From assembly GCA_021813405.1 (NCBI GenBank), contig JAKAKS010000019.1:7549-71548 (forward strand): a stretch of DNA of 64,000 nt, in the 5' to 3' direction. The stretch's first letter is position 1. Every line of letters begins with the position of its first letter. Below are positions 56,405 through 64,000 of the stretch, piece by piece. This DNA comes from Nitrospirota bacterium. Lineage in GTDB: Bacteria > Nitrospirota > Thermodesulfovibrionia > Thermodesulfovibrionales > JdFR-88. A program made the position numbers and the translations under genes. The notes beneath the pieces are model-generated. The model ran no database searches and had not been told where the DNA came from. It saw only the letters and a list, made by a program, of their open reading frames with translations.

Positions 56405-56750
56405 GTGGTGTTGGCCGTAACGCCTACCGGGAAATCATTTAAGGCTCTTCAGGCTTCCCTGCGGGTATGTATTAGCCGTTTGGGTTTGTCTTTGAAGTAC
56501 CTGGCAATGCGGGAGCGGTTAGCGAGCGCAGTGGGCAGCGCGTGCGTGCGCCTGCAAGTGGCCTTACTGGAGACAGCTCCGGCGCGGGTAATGCCGCAAG
56601 GCTTGTATAACATGAGATGCGGCCCAACAAGAACACCGCCCCGCGAAAAAAGTAAACCCCGGCTGTTAAGATTCAGGCATATCGGCGAACGCCGTAAATA
56701 AACAGCAAGGGCTGCTTCACCCCTACCCACGGGAAATCCGGAAAGCCTCG
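56405..56750 (+). ncRNA. Candidate structured non-coding RNA (or MITE-like element), class unknown
   Basis: GC-rich segment between the 3' ends of two convergent genes, with no credible ORF. Nested helices at 56529-56569 around hairpin 56535-56555. Hairpin GGAG-ACAG-CUCC at 56569-56580. Long-range complementarity between 56452-56467 and 56724-56739 (13 of 16 pairs). G-U pairs favour the plus strand. Confidence 0.3.
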
Positions 56751-56804
56751 TTTAAAAGCCCGCTGCTTTCTATCAGTACTCCGGCAGATGCCTGAAAGGC
56801 CTGC

Positions 56805-59105
56805 TTACTTATTCTTGAACGCGTCAAGAAACGGGGTGTTCGAAAACCGGGCCGGCCTCTTTCCTGTTTCCTTTTCCCTGGCCTGACCGGCTTTCTTTGT
56901 GCCTGGAGCAGATTTCACCTCCGTGGCCTTCTGCCCCACCGCTTCCTGTGCCGCAGCTGCGCCGCCCTTCATAGAAAGCGCGATGCGTTTACGCTGGAGG
57001 TCCACCTCAAGCACGTTAACCATGACTTTTTGCTGAACTTTTACAACATCAGCCGGGTCTTTCACAAACCTGTCGGCCAGTTCGCTTATATGCACTAGCC
57101 CGTCCTGATGGACGCCGATATCCACGAAGGCCCCGAATGCCGTGATATTGGTAACTATTCCCGGCAGCCTCATGCCGGGCTTTACGTCCTCTATCTTCGT
57201 TACGCCGCTAGCGAACTCAAAACTCTCGAACTGCTGGCGGGGGTCGCGGCCCGGCCTGGCAAGCTCGGCCATTATATCGGTGAGTGTGGGCATGCCGGCC
57301 TTATCGGTCACATAGCGCGCCAGGTCTATTTTCTTCCGGAGTTCAGCATCACTTGTAAGGTCTTTCGTGCTGCAACCCAGATCATGCGCCATGGCGTCCA
57401 CAATGTAATAGCTTTCCGGATGGACAGCGCTCCGGTCCAGCGGGTTTGCCGCATCCTGTATGCGGAGAAAACCCGCCGCCTGCTCGAATGCCTTGGGCCC
57501 CAGCCGCGGCACGTTCCTAAGCTCCTCGCGGGACCTAAACGGGCCGTGGCCGTCCCTGTATTCCACAATGGATTTTGCCAGCTGCGGGCCAAGCCCCGAC
57601 ACATAAGTAAGTAGCTGTTTGCTTGCGGTATTTACTTCCACGCCAACGCCGTTAACACAGCTGGTCACCACGTCATCCAGGCTCTTTTTCAGTGCGGCCT
57701 GGTCCACGTCATGCTGGTACTGGCCCACGCCTATTGATTTGGGGTCTATCTTCACCAGTTCTGCCAGCGGGTCCATCAGCCTGCGGCCTATGGAAACTGA
57801 ACCCCGTACGGTAATATCGTAATCCGGAAACTCCTCGCGGGCCGCTTCGGAAGCGGAATAGACAGATGCCCCGCTTTCGTTTACCATCACTATCTTAATT
57901 GCCGCCGGCAGGCCCAGTTCTCTTACGAAAGCCTCTGTCTCTCTTCCGGCGGTACCGTTGCCTATGGCTATCGCTTCTATAGTGAATCTGTCGCAGAGTC
58001 CTTTGAGCTTCATGCCCGCCTCGGAAGCGCCTTTTTCATTAAAGTGGGGATATATCGTTTCGTTATAAAGAAGCTTGCCCTGCCTGTCCAGGCACACCAC
58101 CTTGCAGCCCGTCCGGAAGCCGGGATCTATGGCCAGCACTGATTTTCCGCCAAGCGGGGAGGCAAGCAGGAGCTGCCTGAGGTTCTCCACAAACACCCAT
58201 ATAGCTTCCTGGTCCGCCCGTTTCTTCATAGCCAAACGCACCTCGGCCTCAATGGATGAACCGAGCAGCCGTTTGTAGCTGTCATGAACGGCCGTTTTCA
58301 CCTGCTGCGGCGCCGGGCCCACGCCCTTTAAAAAGAGTTTTTCCAGAGTGGCCAGCGCCTCTTCTTCGGGCGGCAATACGCGGTGAATAAGAATACCTTC
58401 GCTCTCGCCGCGCCGGATCGCCAATATCCTGTGGGCAGGCGCTTTCGAGGCCGGTTCCTCCCATTCGAAATAGTCCTTGTACTTTATCCCTTCTTCCTCT
58501 TTGCCTGTGATTACCTTTGCTCTCATTATACCTTTGGCAAAATAGAGCGCCCGCATCGCCTCCCTGGCCCGCTGGTCCTCGCATACCCATTCGGCGATTA
58601 TGTCCCGCGCGCCGGCAAGGGCCTCTTCGGCGGAGGCCACGCCTTTTTCAGTGTCTATGAACGGGACGGCCGCAGCCTCAATGTCTTCTTCCATTTGCTC
58701 AAAGATAATCATGGCAAGGGGTTCAAGGCCCTTCTCCTTTGCAACGGATGCCCTGGTGCGGCGCTTCGGCCTGAACGGAAGATAGATATCTTCCAGCTCC
58801 GTTACCGTGCCAGCTTCTTCTATCTTTCCCTTCAACTCATCGGAAAGAAGCCCGCGTTCCTCAAGCGATTTAAGTATTGCTCCCCGCCGCTTGTCCAGCT
58901 CTTGCAGTTCCTGAAGCCGGTCCCTTATGGCGGCAACGGCCACCTCGTCCAGGCTGCCGGTGGCCTCCTTCCTGTACCTTGCTATAAAAGGCACAGTGGC
59001 CCCCTCCGATAGCAGCAATGCCACGGCCTCCACCCCATGGGGCTTTATATCAAGCTCTTTTGCAACAACTGCAATGTGCGCTGTTTGTTTATTATCTTCG
59101 GTCAC
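56805..59105 (-). CDS. tex: Tex-like transcription accessory protein (YqgF, HhH and S1 domains)
   Basis: VALLLSEGATVPFIARYRKEATGSLDEV N-terminus and a C-terminal S1 domain (GIVTNITAFGAFVDIGVHQDGLVHISEL). Confidence 0.9.
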   Translation of the reverse strand: MTEDNKQTAHIAVVAKELDIKPHGVEAVALLLSEGATVPFIARYRKEATGSLDEVAVAAIRDRLQELQELDKRRGAILKSLEERGLLSDELKGKIEEAGTVTELEDIYLPFRPKRRTRASVAKEKGLEPLAMIIFEQMEEDIEAAAVPFIDTEKGVASAEEALAGARDIIAEWVCEDQRAREAMRALYFAKGIMRAKVITGKEEEGIKYKDYFEWEEPASKAPAHRILAIRRGESEGILIHRVLPPEEEALATLEKLFLKGVGPAPQQVKTAVHDSYKRLLGSSIEAEVRLAMKKRADQEAIWVFVENLRQLLLASPLGGKSVLAIDPGFRTGCKVVCLDRQGKLLYNETIYPHFNEKGASEAGMKLKGLCDRFTIEAIAIGNGTAGRETEAFVRELGLPAAIKIVMVNESGASVYSASEAAREEFPDYDITVRGSVSIGRRLMDPLAELVKIDPKSIGVGQYQHDVDQAALKKSLDDVVTSCVNGVGVEVNTASKQLLTYVSGLGPQLAKSIVEYRDGHGPFRSREELRNVPRLGPKAFEQAAGFLRIQDAANPLDRSAVHPESYYIVDAMAHDLGCSTKDLTSDAELRKKIDLARYVTDKAGMPTLTDIMAELARPGRDPRQQFESFEFASGVTKIEDVKPGMRLPGIVTNITAFGAFVDIGVHQDGLVHISELADRFVKDPADVVKVQQKVMVNVLEVDLQRKRIALSMKGGAAAAQEAVGQKATEVKSAPGTKKAGQAREKETGKRPARFSNTPFLDAFKNK

Positions 59106-59262
59106 GATATGCCTCGCTGGATAAAAAGTGCATTCGTACTCTACCAGTATCCTATGAAAAAGTTCCAGTGCCGGAATTAAGGAATCTTTAACTTATGATA
59201 ATCACCGGGGCCCCGCTTATGATGACGCGGCCAGTCTTGGTAATACAGTAATGCCAAAATAG

Positions 59263-59781
<519 letters not shown>

Positions 59782-59930
59782 GCCATGTATTTTAATTGCA
59801 GAAATTTCACTCTCGTCAATGCTTTAACAAAACAATTGAGCGCATCTTTTTAAAGCTGCGAGTGACGGCGGCACAGAATTCATTGTTATGCCCTGTTTCT
59901 AACAGTATTTGTGAGTTGATCGTTTCAACT

Positions 59931-60401
59931 TCAAAACCTAAGCGTCGCCTTGCACCTCTTGGGATTAAGTAAAAGATCCAATCCGTCTGCTGCGCTTCGG
60001 ACATGGATATTTGCCGCCATTATGGCGTCGACGGAGCATCCTTCTGCTTCAGAGACAGCCACTCCGATCCTTGCTGCCTTGAGCATTTTGCGGTCGTTTT
60101 TTCCATTGCCGAAAGCGAATACTTGCTCAGGCCCCAGCTTTTTTACGTATTCCTCTTTTTGAAAATCAAGGTCCTCTCCTTGAAGAATTAGAACCTCGCA
60201 ATTTATTCCATTTAGCTCTTCTTTTGCCTTGCCGAACGTGTCGGCTGTCAGGATGTGTATCTTCAGGAATCCTGCTATCTTATTCAGCCGCTCCTTAACG
60301 CCCGGCAGAAGCACGCCATCCACTGACAAGGTCCCCGTGAAATCCGAAACCAGATACTCCAGCCTGACCAATCCAAAACCTGGAATGTCTATCTCAAGCA
60401 C
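59931..60401 (-). CDS. HAD-superfamily hydrolase (soluble P-type-ATPase-like, COG4087 type)
   Basis: YLVSDFTGTLS (DxT-type motif I variant) and GNGKNDRKMLKAARIGVAV (motif III). Confidence 0.7.
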   Translation of the reverse strand: MLEIDIPGFGLVRLEYLVSDFTGTLSVDGVLLPGVKERLNKIAGFLKIHILTADTFGKAKEELNGINCEVLILQGEDLDFQKEEYVKKLGPEQVFAFGNGKNDRKMLKAARIGVAVSEAEGCSVDAIMAANIHVRSAADGLDLLLNPKRCKATLRF

Positions 60402-60440
60402 AGTTATCCCCCTTTCTTTTTATTTGAAGACGTCCGCCAG

Positions 60441-61727
<1,287 letters not shown>

Positions 61728-61753
61728 TTAATTTAAGAAGATTTTTATATTCC

Positions 61754-62060
61754 TTATGAAATTTCAATAGAAGGAATACCCCTTATTTTGATTATGAGGA
61801 CAACAAACAAGAGCGCTGATAAAATTGCCATTACAGAACCAAAATAAAATGTGGCGGAAGGTGAAACGTGGTCCCATAACCAGCCGCCAAAAAGACTTGC
61901 GGGCAACATTGCGGCCCCAGTCACCGTGTTGAAAACACCGAAAGCCGTAGCTTTAAAGTCCGGTGGAAGTATAGTGCAATAAATGCCTTCTGGATGCCTT
62001 CTGTCATTCCCATGAAAAGACCATAAAACCCAAACAGAATCCACCGGCGGCAATAAGCCT
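61754..62060 (-). pseudogene. C-terminal remnant of an MFS transporter (paralogue of 62417-63601)
   Basis: Fragments GLFMGMTEGIQKAFIA (one frame) and ILPPDFKATAFGVFNTVTGAAMLPASLFGGWLWDHVSPSATFYFGSVMAILSALLFVVL (another frame) align with the last third of the intact MFS. No N-terminal two thirds are present. Confidence 0.55.
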
Positions 62061-62420
62061 CTTTTCCCCAAGGGCTTTCAGGAGAGGCCATGCGGCGCCC
62101 TGTCCAAAATATTTCAACTCTGCTGCAATTCTGTTCTTAACGGCCTCTTCTTCCAGGGCCAGCACCGGATCTTCTACCCAGGCGAAAGCTTCAAGCCCCT
62201 TAACGAGAGCATCGAAGGCGTCTTGACCACCAATAATTCTCAATGCCTCGGCCGCAAGACTCCTTGGCCTGAGATTGCCGGGTCTCTCGTGCAGAAAATG
62301 GGCAAGCGCGGGCACGGCTTTTTTACCGCGCTCTATAAGCCTGCTCCGGACGGATTCAGCCTTTTCCAGATCGTCCAATTCTTTTACCAGCTCATATATT
62401 GACCAGTCTACTACATTCAT
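62004..62420 (-). CDS. HEAT-repeat protein (its C-terminus runs into the MFS remnant)
   Basis: MNVVDWSIYELVKELDDLEKAES...RSLAAEALRIIGGQDAFDALVKGL... ATGA overlap with the upstream MFS stop. Confidence 0.55.
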   Translation of the reverse strand: MNVVDWSIYELVKELDDLEKAESVRSRLIERGKKAVPALAHFLHERPGNLRPRSLAAEALRIIGGQDAFDALVKGLEAFAWVEDPVLALEEEAVKNRIAAELKYFGQGAAWPLLKALGEKRLIAAGGFCLGFMVFSWE

Positions 62421-63601
62421 TTTCTGTTCCTTACCATGAAGAGGAGGACGGCTCCTATGAAGGTCAGGATGCCTGAATAAACAAACCCGGCGGCTGGTGA
62501 AATCCTGGACCACAATAACCCCACCACAAAGCTTGACACGAAATCACCTATCCCGTTTACGGTTGCGAGAAATCCGTATCCCGTCCCCCTTAGGTGTTCC
62601 GGCAAAAGTTCTCCGGCCAGGGCCCGCTCCATCGAATCCACAAGCGCTATGTAAACGCCTGCCAATATGAATAATATTGCCATTGCCCATAGTTTGGGCG
62701 GCTCAAGGATGAAGCCCAGGCACATCAGCGCGAATAAAAGATAGCCCGCGCCCAGAAGCGTCCGCTTGCCGACCTTTTCACTTAGTATCCCGGCGGGGTA
62801 GGCAAACCCGGCATAAAGCACATTATGAAGGGTATAAAGGCCAACCGCCATGCTCACCGCCGCAGCTTTCCCGTATTGGGGCGTAAGTATTTCAGTGGCC
62901 CTCAGGATCAAAAGCGTGTGCGCGAAATTGCCGAGGCCGAATATCCCGGCGCTGAAGACGAAAAGCTTGAAATTGAGCGGCAGCTCTTTTATATTTTTCC
63001 AGAACCCCGCCTGCCCATCAGGTTTTCTCTTTTTTTCTTTGACCAGGAAAGCGAAACAGCCGACTGAAGCGAGCCCCGGTATAAAGGAGATCAAAAATAT
63101 CTGCCTGTAGCTGAGGACCCCAACAAGCGCCAGGGCGATTGCCGGACCAAGGACCGCTCCAAGTGTGTCCATGGCGGTGTGAAATCCAAAGGCCCTACCG
63201 TAATTAGCCGGCTCCAGCATATCGGCCATCATGGCATCGCGCACAGGTCCCCTTGCGCCCCTGCCCATCCATGCCGCCGCCCTTATAGCAAGCACCTGGG
63301 GCCAGCTTGTAGTAAACGCAAACAGCCCCTTTAAGGCCGTAATCACATAACCTATAACCGCTATTGGTTTTCTTTTTTTGATTCGGTCGCTGCAATAGCC
63401 CATCCAGAGCTTGACGAAGCTGGACGAAGCATCAGCAACTCCCTCGATAAGACCAAGTGTAGCGGCCGTGCCTCCTATGGTGACTATAAACATTGGCAGA
63501 ATGGCCGTTGCCATCTCATGCCCCATATCGCTAAACAGACTTGTAAGGCCAATCCCAAAAATGCTTTTGGTCAGCCAGCTTTTGTTATTATTTTTTCTCA
63601 C
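62417..63601 (-). CDS. MFS transporter
   Basis: 394 aa, 12 predicted helices. Loop motif MGYCSDRIKKRKP (D-R-x-x-R-R-like). Confidence 0.85.
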   Translation of the reverse strand: MRKNNNKSWLTKSIFGIGLTSLFSDMGHEMATAILPMFIVTIGGTAATLGLIEGVADASSSFVKLWMGYCSDRIKKRKPIAVIGYVITALKGLFAFTTSWPQVLAIRAAAWMGRGARGPVRDAMMADMLEPANYGRAFGFHTAMDTLGAVLGPAIALALVGVLSYRQIFLISFIPGLASVGCFAFLVKEKKRKPDGQAGFWKNIKELPLNFKLFVFSAGIFGLGNFAHTLLILRATEILTPQYGKAAAVSMAVGLYTLHNVLYAGFAYPAGILSEKVGKRTLLGAGYLLFALMCLGFILEPPKLWAMAILFILAGVYIALVDSMERALAGELLPEHLRGTGYGFLATVNGIGDFVSSFVVGLLWSRISPAAGFVYSGILTFIGAVLLFMVRNRK

Positions 63602-63974
63602 TGTATTTCCTGTCCAAAAGTTCTCTGGCTTTCGTTCTGACCATGGCCACTTCCGAATCTACTGACCTGATAATAAAACCAAGCGCTTCTGGTGTGTCTA
63701 TCCGGGCCAGGGCTTCCAGAATTATCACTTTCAGGAACGGATCGCTTGTCTGCCCGAAGAGACTAATAAGCTGTTTTATCGCTTTATCAGACTTGATTCG
63801 GCCCAGTACCCATACCGCCCTCAACACAGTTTCGGGCTCAGGATGCTTTAAGGCATTTATCAATTTTCCCTCAAAGTCCATCTTTTCGTGCTGCTTTATA
63901 TCAGCTCCGCAGTGGGGGCATCTGTCATCATCCGCTTTTATTTCCCTCCAACATGCCGGACAAAAGAAAACCAT
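63588..63974 (-). CDS. Zinc-ribbon plus HEAT-repeat protein
   Basis: MVFFCPACWREIKADDDRCPHCG followed by HEAT-like repeats (VLRAVWVLGRIKSDKAIKQLI..., VIILEALARIDTPEALGFI...). 14-nt overlap with the MFS start. Confidence 0.6.
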   Translation of the reverse strand: MVFFCPACWREIKADDDRCPHCGADIKQHEKMDFEGKLINALKHPEPETVLRAVWVLGRIKSDKAIKQLISLFGQTSDPFLKVIILEALARIDTPEALGFIIRSVDSEVAMVRTKARELLDRKYSEKK

Positions 63975-64000
63975 TAATGTCCCTTCCCTATTTTTTCTAT

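Noticed and set aside
56405-56750. Assignment of the structured intergenic segment to RNase P RNA, tmRNA, SRP RNA, 6S RNA or a cobalamin riboswitch
   Set aside because: Several expected signatures are missing. There is no GAGGAAAGUCCGGGC / ACAGAACCCGGCUUA P4 pair (only loose resemblances such as AAACCCCGGCUGUUA). There is no tRNA-like T arm, no ...CCACCA end and no Ala-rich tag frame. There is no GGUCCGGAAGGAAGCAGCC SRP motif (only GAAGCAGCC on the minus strand). There is no B12 box. The location between two 3' ends also argues against a riboswitch. It is kept only as an unclassified candidate.
58383-59012. 209-aa plus-strand ORF
   Set aside because: Antisense to tex.

Overview
Bacterial chromosomal window, moderately GC-rich by eye and densely coding (about 65 genes I can support). 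All calls come from reading the ORF translations and the nucleotide sequence; no searches or folding programs were run, and start codons are approximate. Housekeeping blocks: pnp-rpsO, tRNA-Arg, hcp, cysE-cysS, mutS, gcvH-lpd, ftsB, rlmN, tex, eno. Accessory blocks: (i) a co-directional minus-strand metal(loid)/efflux supercluster from about 10.9 to 23.6 kb, with a type-III P-type ATPase, chrA, an FmdE-like protein, acr3-arsC-arsR, a DevBCA/MacAB-like ABC efflux pump with TolC, two thioredoxin-fold proteins and a DUF318 permease; (ii) a complete N-type (alternate F1Fo) ATPase operon next to IS debris and a decayed histidine kinase; (iii) an ISL3-family insertion with an intact 8-bp target duplication beside a Fic gene and tRNA-Leu; (iv) a cell-surface module with an SBBP beta-propeller protein and a multihaem cytochrome c. 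Most notable observations: two in-frame UGA codons in thioredoxin-fold genes, each followed exactly 15 nt later by a hairpin (probable selenocysteine recoding; the DsbC-like case is strong); serine acetyltransferase and cysteinyl-tRNA synthetase encoded as one uninterrupted ORF; a GC-rich 350-bp non-coding segment between convergent genes with nested and long-range pairing (candidate structured RNA or MITE); an Fn3-like domain split by a sorting-signal-like plus lipobox-like insert; and several decayed paralogue remnants (TauE, FmdE, MFS, histidine kinase). Gene content (hcp, multihaem cytochromes, Sec usage, HpnJ-like radical SAM) suggests an anaerobe, but the taxon cannot be determined from this window.
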